A stretch of DNA of 64,000 nt, taken from contig CAVVXN010000005.1 of NCBI GenBank assembly GCA_963752285.1, forward strand, positions 1,216,001-1,280,000, written 5' to 3'. Each line of letters starts with the position of its first letter. The stretch's first letter is position 1. Both the position numbers and the translations under genes were made by a program. The notes under the pieces are model-generated. The model made no database searches, was not told where the DNA came from, and saw nothing but the letters and a program-made list of their open reading frames with translations. This DNA comes from an uncultured Planctomycetota bacterium (GTDB lineage: Bacteria > Planctomycetota > PLA2 > JAEUHO01). This document shows, piece by piece, positions 1 to 9,700 of the stretch.

Positions 1-454
1 GCAGGTGCTCGAGGAGCGCCGACAGGACCACCACGTCGAAGCGCTCCGCACCCACGGCCTCGAGGAGGCCCTCCGCGTCCGCCGCGTCGGCGACGACCCG
101 CGCGACGCGGGGCGGTCCGAGCCGCGCCGTCTGGAGCACGCGCGGGTCCACGTCGGCGAGGACGACGCGCTCCGCATGGCCGGCATACCCCTCCGCGACC
201 CAGCCGTCCTCCGCGCCCAGGTCGAGCACCCGCGCGTGCCGTCCCCGGAGCACGCGACCGACGACCAGCGCGCGGCGTCGGGCCTCGATCGCGCGGACGA
301 TCCAACCGCCGCGCGCGCGCATCGCCGCCATCGCGTGCGTCTCGTTGAGCCGCCGGTTCCTCGCCGCGAGCGCGTCCCTCGCGGGGGAGGGCGCCGGCGC
401 GGCGCGGGGAGCGAGAACGGACGTCACCCCGCGAGGGTCGAGCGGCGTGGTCAT
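1..454 (-). CDS. Class I SAM-dependent methyltransferase (partial, runs off window start)
   Basis: Not in the ORF track; hand translation from ATG 454 gives MTTPLDPRG...RVLDLGAEDGWVAEGY...VVLADVD...FDVVVLSALLEHL (motif I and motif II/post-II). Starts 8 nt after the stop of the GT2 gene. Confidence 0.8.
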   Translation of the reverse strand, partial: MTTPLDPRGVTSVLAPRAAPAPSPARDALAARNRRLNETHAMAAMRARGGWIVRAIEARRRALVVGRVLRGRHARVLDLGAEDGWVAEGYAGHAERVVLADVDPRVLQTARLGPPRVARVVADAADAEGLLEAVGAERFDVVVLSALLEHL

Positions 455-461
455 CCGGAGG

Positions 462-1196
462 TCACTCGGTCGGCCCGCCCGTCCCGCGCCGTCGCGACCC
501 CGCGCGGGCCCGCGCGAAGGCCGTGAGGACCCGGAGGTGCCCCGAGAGCGCGCGAAGGACACGCATCTTGCTCTCCCCCTCGGTCCGCCGACCGAGCCGC
601 GCCGGGACCTCGACGACGCGGGCGCCGAGGAGGAGCGCGCGTCCGAGCATCTCGGCCGCGGCGGGGAAGCCGTCCTCCCGGGGGAGCAGACGTCGCGCCC
701 AGGCGCGCCGATAGGCCCGGGTCGCGCACGTGAACGTCCTCGTGCCGTGGGACCGGGGGCCGAGGACCGCACGGTACGCGGCCGCCGCCGCGCGCGAGAG
801 CGCCGCCCGGAAGGGCGTGACGTCCCCGGCCTCGGCCCCGGGCGTCCACGGGCTCGCCGTCGCGAGGTCCGCGCCCGCCCGGACCGACGCCACGAGGAGG
901 TCGATGGTCTCGGGCGGGTAGGTGCGGTCCGCGTCGTACACGACGACGACGTCGCCCGTCGCGAGCGCGAGCCCGGTCCGCGTCGCGGCGCCCACGCCGC
1001 GGTTCGCGCCGTGCGTCGCGATCCGCACGCGCGGGTCCGCCGCGGCGAGGGCCGCGAGGGCCCGCGGCGTCGCGTCCGTGGACCCGTCGTCCACGAACAC
1101 CAGCTCGTCCGCGGCGAGGCGCGGGAGGAGGTCCCCCCAGGGACCGAGTGCGTCGGCCTCCTGGTAGCACGGGACCACCACCGAGATCGCCGGCAT
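462..1196 (-). CDS. Glycosyltransferase family 2 (DPM1/polyprenol-phosphate glycosyltransferase-like)
   Basis: ISVVVPCYQE, FVDDGSTD, NRGVGAA, DAD motif, RRTEGESKM. Confidence 0.9.
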   Translation of the reverse strand: MPAISVVVPCYQEADALGPWGDLLPRLAADELVFVDDGSTDATPRALAALAAADPRVRIATHGANRGVGAATRTGLALATGDVVVVYDADRTYPPETIDLLVASVRAGADLATASPWTPGAEAGDVTPFRAALSRAAAAAYRAVLGPRSHGTRTFTCATRAYRRAWARRLLPREDGFPAAAEMLGRALLLGARVVEVPARLGRRTEGESKMRVLRALSGHLRVLTAFARARAGSRRRGTGGPTE

Positions 1197-1288
1197 CCGC
1201 TGCTCCCTCGCCGGACCGGGCACTCCGGCCTCCCGACCGCCCCGTTCCCCACAGACCGTACCGCCGCGGCGGCTGTCATGATGGGCGC

Positions 1289-1933
1289 GTGGGGTACGCC
1301 GCCCGCACGAAGTACGACGAGCCCGGCCGCGCCCGGCGCTACCGGGACCGGAGCCCGGAGCGCGACGCGGAGGAGTGGCGGCTCCTCGAACGGGTGATCC
1401 GGGAGCTCCCCGGCCGGCCGCGGTCGGCGCTCGACGTGCCGTGCGGCACCGGCCGCATCGCGGAGCGCCTGATCCAGATGGGCATCCCGACGCGCGGCGC
1501 CGACCTCTCCGCCGCGATGCGCGCCGAGACGATGCTCCGCCTCGGCGGCCGGCCGGGCTTCGCGGGCGCGGTCCACCTCGACCTCGAGGTCCCGACGCCG
1601 GACCCGCGCCTCCGTTCGGACCTCGTGGTGTGCTTCCGCCTCCTCCACCACCTCCCGGACGTGAAGACGCGAGCGCGGGTCCTCTCGACCCTGGCCGAGC
1701 TGACGGGGAGCGACCTCCTCCTGTCGTTCCACCACCCGGTCAGCGCGCACGCGCTCAAGCGCCTCGCGAAACGGGTCCTCTGGGGACGGCGGAGCGACCG
1801 CCACACGATGACGCGCACACGGCTCCGGCGGGAGGCGGAAGCGGCCGGGCTCGACCTCGTGCGCTGCCGCGGGCTCGGGCCGTTCCGGCGCGAGCTCTGG
1901 GTGGCCTGGCTGCGGCCGCGACCGCCGGGCTAG
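1289..1933 (+). CDS. Class I SAM-dependent methyltransferase
   Basis: ALDVPCGTGR, GADLSAAM, DLVVCFRLLHH; start inferred at GTG 1289 within ORF 1148..1933. Confidence 0.85.
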   Translation: MGYAARTKYDEPGRARRYRDRSPERDAEEWRLLERVIRELPGRPRSALDVPCGTGRIAERLIQMGIPTRGADLSAAMRAETMLRLGGRPGFAGAVHLDLEVPTPDPRLRSDLVVCFRLLHHLPDVKTRARVLSTLAELTGSDLLLSFHHPVSAHALKRLAKRVLWGRRSDRHTMTRTRLRREAEAAGLDLVRCRGLGPFRRELWVAWLRPRPPG

Positions 1934-1959
1934 GCGACGGCTCGACGCGGGCGGCGGCC

Positions 1960-2640
1960 TCAGCGGCCGGGGACCGGCTGTCCGAGCGCGCGCGCCACCT
2001 GCTTCAGGTCCTCCCAGGCCTCCCGCTTGGCCGAAGGGTTCCGGAGCAGGTACGCCGGGTGGTAGGTCGGCATCACACGCCAGCCCTCGGGCGTGGTCCT
2101 GAACCGGCCCCGGAGCCGCGTGATGCCGAGCTCCGTCCCGAGCAGGAGGCGCGCGGCGTGGCTCCCGAGCGCGAGGTACAGCGGGGCGGCGAGCGTCTCG
2201 AGCTGGGCCGAGAGCCAGGGACGGCAGGCGGCCGCCTCGTCGGGACGTGGCGAGCGGTTTCCCGGGGGCCGGCACTTGAGGACGTTCGCGATGAAGACCT
2301 CCTCGCGGGGGAGGCCGATCGCCTGGAGCATCCGCGTGAGGAGCTCGCCGGCGCGGCCCACGAAGGGGCGGCCCGTCCGGTCCTCCTCCTCCCCCGGCGC
2401 CTCTCCGACCACCACGAGCCGCGGCTCGGGGCTCCCCTCGCCGAACACGGTGCGCGCGCGCGTAGTCGCGAGCCGGCAGCGCGTACAGGCCTCGACCTCG
2501 AGGCGGAGGCGCGCGAGGGTCGCGAGCCGGGCCGCGTCGGGCCCGGGCGGCGGGGCCGGCCCGTCGGCGGGGCACCAGCGGCCCGCGGCGCCCCGCGCCC
2601 ACGCGAGATGGAGACGGACCTCGTCGGCGAGCGTCGGCAC
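1960..2640 (-). CDS. Uracil-DNA glycosylase family 4 (4Fe-4S)
   Basis: CTRCRL, VGEAPGEEED..GRPFVGRAG, NVLKCRPPGNR, TYHPAYLLRN; start GTG 2640 inferred. Confidence 0.93.
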   Translation of the reverse strand: MPTLADEVRLHLAWARGAAGRWCPADGPAPPPGPDAARLATLARLRLEVEACTRCRLATTRARTVFGEGSPEPRLVVVGEAPGEEEDRTGRPFVGRAGELLTRMLQAIGLPREEVFIANVLKCRPPGNRSPRPDEAAACRPWLSAQLETLAAPLYLALGSHAARLLLGTELGITRLRGRFRTTPEGWRVMPTYHPAYLLRNPSAKREAWEDLKQVARALGQPVPGR

Positions 2641-3035
2641 CCTCGGATCGTACGCGTCCCCGCCGACGCTCGCGCGTCCGGGCGAGCGGTCGGCCGGGAC
2701 CGGTCCGGCGCGTCGCGCCCCGACCGCTCGCACGTCGTTCTCGAAACGGCCGAAACGCGTTCGGAGACGCGTCCGTGACGGGCCGCGCGATGGTCGGCCC
2801 GGGGACGCGTCGGCGCCCCCGGGGAGGCGAGTTTCCGGCGCGTCCGCGTGACGGGCACGTGACAGCGCACCCGTAACAGAGGTCGCGTTCCGGGTCCGAG
2901 CGGGACTCGAGGGCCCGGCGCCCGCCGTCGGAGGGACGGCGCGCGTCGGGGAGTCGGCGGAGGGACGCAGCGGCGGTCGCCGCGCGTGGCCTCCTCGGCG
3001 TCCTGCCGCTCGAAGCCGGAACGGTGGAGTCCGGG

Positions 3036-6000
3036 ATGAAGCGCAACGTCCTCGTCCTATTCGTCGTCACCCTCGGCCTCTCGATCGCGGCCTGTCGCGG
3101 ACGACGGAGCCTCGTCGTGGAGGAGGCCCAGGCGCCCGAGGCGGCGCCGACCTCCGGCATGAAGAACCCGAAGGCCGGCGACGTCGAGGTGATCTCGCGC
3201 CGGCCGGTGCCCGCGCCGAACGCGCCGGCCGAGTCCGACGTCGTGGTGATCCCCGATCAGACCGCGCCGTCGTCGGGCGACGTCGCGATGGTGCCGGACG
3301 GCGGGCCGGCCGCCCAGCCGGCCGCCGCCGGCGACACGGACGAAAACGAGGCGGGCGAGAACGAAGCGGGCGAGCATGACGCGGGCGAGCCGGAAGCGGG
3401 CGAGGACGACGCCGGCGAGGCCCCGCCCGCCGGCGCAGCGCCCGCCGCGCCTTCCGGGGACGACGCCCAGCGTCTCCTCGACGAGGCGAAGAAGCGCGCG
3501 GCCGTGGAGGCGCAGAAGCGCGACGCGCTCGTGCAGAGCTTCCTGGTCAAGGCGAAGCAAGCCGAGGGCGACGGCGACCTCGACGCCGCCCGCGATCTCT
3601 ACGGCAAGGCCTTCGACCTCGACCCGACGAACGTCCAGGCGCGCGAGGGCGTCGAGCGCCTGACCATGGAGCGCCCGAGCACCGTCGGCGAGTTCCTCGG
3701 CCGCACGCGCACCGCCGAGACCGTACGGCGCGAGCAGGCCGCCGCCGAGGTCCGCACGTACCTCGAGCAGGGCCGCACGATGGAGGCGCGCGAGGACTAC
3801 GCGGGCGCCATCGACCAGTACCAGCGGGCCCTGGCGATCGTGTCCTGGTACACGGACCAGCGCGACTTCGGCGTCACGGCGGACAAGGTCCGGGACCTCA
3901 TCGAGAACGCGAAGTACAAGCGCGACCTCGCCGCGCGCGTCTCCCGCCAAGACCAGATCAAGGCGGCCCAGGCGGAGCGCGAGCAGGAGCTCGTCTCGGA
4001 GCGCGAGCGCCGCATGGGCAAGATCCGCGCCTACTTCGAGGAGGCGCACCGCGCGTTCCAGCGCGGCGACTACGCGCTCGCTCGGGAGTACGCGAAGCAG
4101 ATCCAGAAGCTCGACCCGCAGAACAACGACGCCGAGCGACTCGTGTGCATCTCGTACGACGCGCAGCACCTCGACGACAGCGAGCGCGCGCGCATGATGT
4201 TCGCCGACCAGTGGAAGGCGGTCATGGAGGACATGGACCGGTCCCTCCTCCCGCAGGTCGAGACGGTCCAGTTCCCGAGCGACTGGCTCGACACGATCGC
4301 GCAGCGCGGTCCGCCGGTCATCGGCGACGAGCAGGCCGAGCAGGACTCGAGCGTCGCCCAGATCCTGACCACCCTCGAGTCGAAGCGCGTGAAGGGGCTC
4401 AGCTGGGAGAACGCGAACCTCGACCAGGTCGTCTCCTACCTCCGCACGATCACGGGCCTCAACTTCTTCATCACCCCCACCGTCCGCGCCGAGAAGTTCG
4501 ACGAGGTCTCGGTGACCTTGAGCCTCGACGACGTCTCCGTGAAGACGATCCTCGACCTCATCACGTCCCAGCACGAGCTGAAGTGGGAGCCGAAGGACGG
4601 CGTCGTGCGGATCGCCACGGGGGGCGAGGTCCGCGGGGACATGCTCCTCCGGTTCTTCGACGTGAAGGACTTGAACGTCCAGATCCGCAACTTCATCGGG
4701 CAGGAGATCAACCTCACGCCCTCGAACTTCACCCCGCCGGAGCCGCCCGAGCTGCCCGAGCCCACCGCCATCTACCCGGCGGACGGTCTCGTCGAGCTCA
4801 TCCGCGAGACGATCGGCAGCGAGGGGACCTGGGACGAGCCCGCGTCGATCGACACGAGGAACGGCGTGATCATCGCGCGCAACACCACCCCCATCCTCGA
4901 GCAGGTTCAGAAGCTCCTCGACGAGCTGCGCCGCAACAGCGGCATGCTGGTCAACCTCGAGGTCCGCTTCCTGACGGCGGAGGACAACTTCCTCCGCGAC
5001 GTCGGCGTAGACGTGCGCGGCCTGGGCGACAACTCGCAGGGCGTCGGTCAGCCGGGTCTCGGCACGCAGGTCGTCCAGGACGACATCTTCTTCGGCACGA
5101 GCGCACAGCCCTACGGCGTTCCGTTCGGCGTCTTCCCCGAGCCGTCCTCGGGCGGCACCTCGCACGACGCGGGCATCTTCTACAACGACGGCGCCGACGG
5201 CGCGTACAGCGGGCGCGTCGAGAACCTCTACGACCTGCTGCTCGGCAACCCCGACGTGCTGACCAGCACGGGCGGCCTGTCGTTCCAGAACACGTTCCTC
5301 GACGACACGCAGGTCGAGGTCATCCTCCGCGCGGTCGAGAAGAGCGAGCGCATCCAGCGCATCACCGCCTCGCGCATCACGGTGTACGACACGCAGCGCG
5401 CCACGATCTCGGTCCTGAACCAGGTCGCATACGTGGCCGACTACGAGGTCGAGATCGCGCAGGCGTCGAACATCGCGAACCCGGTGATCCAGACGATCCA
5501 GGACGGCATCGTCCTCGACGTCCGCCCCGTCGTGTCCTCGGACCGTCGGTTCATCCTCCTCGAGCTCCGCCCCACGGTGGCGCTCCTCACCCGCCCGATC
5601 GCGACGTTCAGCACGTCGCTGGCGTCCGGCCCCGGTCCGGTGTCCTCGTCCGCCCCGGTCATCATCCAGATCCCGGAGCTCCTCGTGAGCCGTGTCCGGA
5701 CGACCGTGGCGATGCCCGACGGCGGCACGCTGCTCCTCGGCGGCCTCAAGTTCTACGAGCAGGTCCACGAGGACACGGGCATCCCGTTCCTCTCGGACAT
5801 CCCCGTGGTGTCGCTCCTCTTCTCGCGGAAGGGGACGTACACGAACCGCCGCGACCTCCTGGTCCTCATCACCGCGCACATCGTCCCGCTCGAGGAGCTC
5901 GAGCCGAAGGACGACCTCGAGATCCCGGCGGCCCCCATCACGGAGTGGACACCCGTCCAACCGGTCGACGGCGCTCCCTCTGCGCCCCCCGCGCCCGCCC

Positions 6001-6098
6001 CGTGCGCCCCCTGCGCGGCGGGGAACGGGATGGGCGGCCCCGTCCTCATGCCGGCGACCGGCGCCCCCGCCGGCCCGCCGCCGGTCGTCCGCCGCTGA
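3036..6098 (+). CDS. Lipoprotein secretin (type II/III secretion-family outer-membrane pore), paralog 1, with TPR-like N-terminal region
   Basis: Lipobox LSIAA|C; helical TPR-like repeats; STN/N0-like (WENANLDQVVSYLR...LDDVSVKTILDLI); N3-like (ARNTTPILEQVQKLLDELR); secretin core (GIVLDVRPVVS, TVAMPDGGTLLLGGL, GIPFLSDIPVVSLLFS, DLLVLITAHIV). Confidence 0.88.
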   Translation: MKRNVLVLFVVTLGLSIAACRGRRSLVVEEAQAPEAAPTSGMKNPKAGDVEVISRRPVPAPNAPAESDVVVIPDQTAPSSGDVAMVPDGGPAAQPAAAGDTDENEAGENEAGEHDAGEPEAGEDDAGEAPPAGAAPAAPSGDDAQRLLDEAKKRAAVEAQKRDALVQSFLVKAKQAEGDGDLDAARDLYGKAFDLDPTNVQAREGVERLTMERPSTVGEFLGRTRTAETVRREQAAAEVRTYLEQGRTMEAREDYAGAIDQYQRALAIVSWYTDQRDFGVTADKVRDLIENAKYKRDLAARVSRQDQIKAAQAEREQELVSERERRMGKIRAYFEEAHRAFQRGDYALAREYAKQIQKLDPQNNDAERLVCISYDAQHLDDSERARMMFADQWKAVMEDMDRSLLPQVETVQFPSDWLDTIAQRGPPVIGDEQAEQDSSVAQILTTLESKRVKGLSWENANLDQVVSYLRTITGLNFFITPTVRAEKFDEVSVTLSLDDVSVKTILDLITSQHELKWEPKDGVVRIATGGEVRGDMLLRFFDVKDLNVQIRNFIGQEINLTPSNFTPPEPPELPEPTAIYPADGLVELIRETIGSEGTWDEPASIDTRNGVIIARNTTPILEQVQKLLDELRRNSGMLVNLEVRFLTAEDNFLRDVGVDVRGLGDNSQGVGQPGLGTQVVQDDIFFGTSAQPYGVPFGVFPEPSSGGTSHDAGIFYNDGADGAYSGRVENLYDLLLGNPDVLTSTGGLSFQNTFLDDTQVEVILRAVEKSERIQRITASRITVYDTQRATISVLNQVAYVADYEVEIAQASNIANPVIQTIQDGIVLDVRPVVSSDRRFILLELRPTVALLTRPIATFSTSLASGPGPVSSSAPVIIQIPELLVSRVRTTVAMPDGGTLLLGGLKFYEQVHEDTGIPFLSDIPVVSLLFSRKGTYTNRRDLLVLITAHIVPLEELEPKDDLEIPAAPITEWTPVQPVDGAPSAPPAPAPCAPCAAGNGMGGPVLMPATGAPAGPPPVVRR
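3345..3419 (+). repeat. 5 x 15-nt coding tandem repeat (xx-E/D-AGE pentapeptide) in secretin 1 linker
   Basis: aacgaggcgggcgag/aacgaagcgggcgag/catgacgcgggcgag/ccggaagcgggcgag/gacgacgccggcgag. Confidence 0.85.
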
Positions 6099-6114
6099 GC
6101 GACGACGACTCGTC

Positions 6115-6151
6115 GAACCGGCCGGTCGCGCGACGCGCGACCGGCCGGTTC
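6115..6151 (+). terminator. Perfect 17-bp hairpin after secretin 1; probable intrinsic terminator or stabiliser
   Basis: gaaccggccggtcgcgc-gac-gcgcgaccggccggttc followed by cgtttcg, 16 nt after the stop codon. Confidence 0.7.
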
Positions 6152-6213
6152 CGTTTCGTCGGCGGAGCTCGGGGTCCATCCCGCCCGGCGCCGGCGCCGT
6201 TCGCATCCGCCCC

Positions 6214-6242
6214 TTGCGTGCGTTCCCCCGGGGGGCTACACT
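6214..6242 (+). promoter_or_regulatory. Putative sigma70 promoter P1
   Basis: TTGCGT-17 nt-TACACT. Confidence 0.55.
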
Positions 6243-6244
6243 CC

Positions 6245-6371
6245 CGAGTGAGCCCATTCGTCCGACCCACGTGTGGCCTCGTCCCCCATCTGGCGCGCGT
6301 CCGGACCTCGAGGAGGGACCGGAGTTGCCGGTGCCGATGGCCGCCACGTACCGACGGGATGCATCCGCTCG
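6245..6371 (+). ncRNA. Candidate structured small RNA or leader (long irregular rod hairpin)
   Basis: Nested helices read by eye (see findings); begins immediately after the P1 -10 box; no known family recognised. Confidence 0.35.
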
Positions 6372-6420
6372 ACGCGTGTCCGATCGCGGCGGCGCCGAGT
6401 CGCAGGGCTTCCCGGTCGCG

Positions 6421-6449
6421 TTGACCACCGTGACGCCGGTCCCTAGAAT
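6421..6449 (+). promoter_or_regulatory. Putative sigma70 promoter P2 for the TPR-TPR-exbBD genes
   Basis: TTGACC-17 nt-TAGAAT, near consensus in an otherwise very GC-rich background. Confidence 0.75.
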
Positions 6450-6722
6450 CCAGCGCCCGCGGGCCCGGCATCCCTCGAAGGACCCGATCGGAACCGCGTC
6501 CTGGTCTCGCTACGCGCCCTGGGCGCGGAACCGGGGACCAGGTCGCACGACCCGATGCCGGACCCTCGGCCCAGTCCGGGTGCCCCGTCGGCGGAGGCCC
6601 GCCCTGGGGCGCCGTTCGCCCTCCGCCTCGGATTCCCCCCGCCGCCCCCGACCTCCCCTCGCACGCCTCCCCTCCTCTCGTACGCACCCGGTCCCAGGAA
6701 CCCCTCCGGAGGACGTCTCGTC

Positions 6723-9700
6723 ATGACCGACCCCCTCTCGACCGCCCCGCGCCGGGGACGCCGCCGGATCTCGCTCGCGCTGCTCCTCCTGCTCGCTGGC
6801 CTCCCGCTCCTGCCCGCCCGCGCGGGCCCGGACGACTTCGAGTTCGGCAAGGAGCTCGCGAAGGCACGCTACTTCGACTACGCGCGGGAGGTCTTCGACT
6901 CCATCCTGTCGAGCTCGAAGTCGAGCGACGAGTCGAAGGACGAGGCTCGGTACGGCATAGCGCTCCTGAAGCGCGAGGAGGCGATCGCGGCGACCGCGCG
7001 CCAGGACGCGAAGCAGGAGGAGATCCAGTCGCTCTTCGAGTCGGCCGCACAGGACATCGAGCAGTTCGTCAAGAAGAACCCGAGCAACAAGAACGCGGAC
7101 GCGGCCCGCCTCGACGTCGGCCAGACCCGCCTCGCGTTCGTCCAGTGGGCGCGCGAGATGCTCGAGGACCCGGGCGAGATCGCCGATCGGGGGTACGACG
7201 CCGACAAGCTCCGGGCCGCGGCCGCGGACAGCGTCAAGAGGGCCATCGAGTACTTCGGGGGGCTGAAGCCCGCCGATACCGCGTCGAACCCGACCCCCCT
7301 CCAGGAGCTGGCGAACTACTACTACGTCATCTCCCAGTACTACGCCGCGCTGGTCGAGCCGCCCTGCTCGCCGAGCGCGGTGAGCAGCTTCACGAATGCC
7401 TCGGAGCTGCTCGACAACTACATCATGCTGCACGAAGGTCAGCTCCTCGCCGTGTACGCGATGGACATCCTCGGCCTCGTCTGGTGGGAGCGGGCCCGCT
7501 GCGAGCCCAACGACGAGGAGAAGACGAAGGACTACAACCAGGCCTACGAGTGGTTCGAGGCGTGCATCAACACGCCCGACGATGGCCCCGAGTACCTGCA
7601 GGTCATCGCGAGCGGCTACTACCACCTCGGGGAAGCCGGCCTCGACGCCGGCCCGCGGCCCCGCGGCCCCGGCGGCGGGAACTTCGCCCGCGATGCGCTG
7701 ACCGAGCTCGAGAAGATGAACACGCAGCACCCGACGGTGTGGCGCACCGACAGCGGGCTCCGCGCGATGCTCGAGTGGGCGAAGCTCGAGTGCCAGCGCG
7801 GGAACGCCCGGAACGCCGTCGCCATTGCGAACGACGCCGGCGCGCGCGCGCGCCAGGCGAGCAAGCCCTTCATCGAGCGCACGGCGAACCGCCAGCTCAC
7901 GGAGTTCGTCTCCGGCGGGTGCGGCGGCTCGGTGACCGGCCTCGACCCCGAGGTGCTCGGCCGCGTCGCGCAGGACTTCATGGCGCGGAGCAAGTACCCC
8001 GAGGCGATCCGCGCGTACCGCGGCGTCATCGCCTCCACGCCCAACACCCCGGAGGCGTTCGTCGCCTACCGCTGGGACGCCTGGCTGGAGATCGCGCGCG
8101 CGTACCTCAAGATGGACGACTCCCTCGGCTACGCCCTCGCGCTGGAGGCCATCCACGAGGCCTGGATCGACCGCCGGATCCCCCACGACCCCGAGAGCGG
8201 TCCCGCCTATCCGAACGAGGAGAAGGCCGCGGGCGCGCGCAAGCGGTCCGCGCAAGCGATGGATCAGATCGCCCAGGCGACGGGCAGCGTCACCTTCCAG
8301 AACGAGGCGAAGGCGATGCTCGAGTCGCTCGGCCCGAGCTATCCCCACTCCGGCATCGTGGACACGGTCAACTGGAACCTGGGACTCCAGAAGTTCACGG
8401 CCGCGCAGCAGATGAAGAACGGCGGGCAGACGGGGTGGGAGAAGCCCCTCGACGAGGCGCGCCAGCGCTTCCGCGCCGTCGCCGTGGACGACAAGTCCGA
8501 GCACCAGGACGAGGCGTGGGTGATGCTCGTCCGGGTCGAGAGCCTGGCCGACATGTACGAGGACGAGATCAAGATCGCTGAGGAGGCGGAGGCGTTCTGG
8601 GAGACGCCCGGGCACAAGGCGCAGGAGGACCGGTTCCCGACGATTCGTGCGCGGCGCGAGAAGGCCCGGTCGGAGGTCACCTACTTCCGGGGCGACGCGC
8701 TGAGCAAGCTGAAGCGGCCCGAGGAGGTCGTGAAGACCCTCGACGGATACCTGGAGAGGTACCCCACGGCGGCGCGGCCCTTCCCCTCCACGTACGTGCT
8801 CTCGACCCTGATCTCGGCCTACCTCGACCTGGGGAACGTCGAGAAGGCCGACACGCTGTACCGGACCCTTCTGCGTCGCGACCCGGACTTCCCGTACCTG
8901 AGCGGGGTCACCTTCAAGTTCGCCGACCGCTACAACGAGGCGCGGAAGAAGATCGAGACGGACCTGAGGGACGTGAAGGTCCAGTTGAACAAGCTCGGGC
9001 CGAAGCTCCGCGGCGAGGTGCAGACCGTCCAGACCCTGAGCCTCAACATCGCGGACGTGAGGAACCGGGTCACGAAGCTCGAGAACGCCCTCGCCCTCCA
9101 CAAGCACAACAAGGAGCTCGAGAAGCGGGGCGAGCAGATCACGCAGGGCGTGAGCCCGGAGCTCCTCACCGCCGCGCTCGAGGAGGAGAAGACCCAGGCC
9201 CAGCACAAGGAGCTGGAGAGCCTCAAGGTGCAGGTCCAGAAGGCGACGGAGCAGCGCGACGCCGACCAGAAGAGCATCGACGAGCTCGGGACGCGTCGCC
9301 ACGACCTCGAGCAGCAGATCTACGAGCCCCTCACGAAGGCCGCCGGCTACTACAAGGCGTGGGACGACACCCTGAAGACGCTCAAGGCCGACCGCGACCC
9401 CGACAACCTCGCGGTCTTCGGCTACATGTTCTACACGGCGGCGAAGCTGCGCCCCGCCGTCGCCGACAACTGGGTGAACGCGCGCGCGTTCTACGAGGAC
9501 TACCTCGCGAGCCCGAAGATCAAGGCCAAGCCCGGGACGGACGACGACAAGCGCGCCGCCGAGGCCCGCCTCGGCGACATCCTGGTGAACCTCGCCGAGT
9601 CCGAGACGAACGCGACGAAGCGCCAGCAGGACGTCACGCGCGCCGTGGACCTCCTCCAGGGCTCGATCGCCAACGCGCCCGAGGACAACGACCTCGTGGT

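Noticed and set aside
6245..6371. Assignment of the rod hairpin as SRP RNA, tRNA or tmRNA
   Set aside because: Lacks the CAGG...GGAA...AGCAG helix-8 motif, a T-loop GTTCGA and a CCA end; left unassigned.
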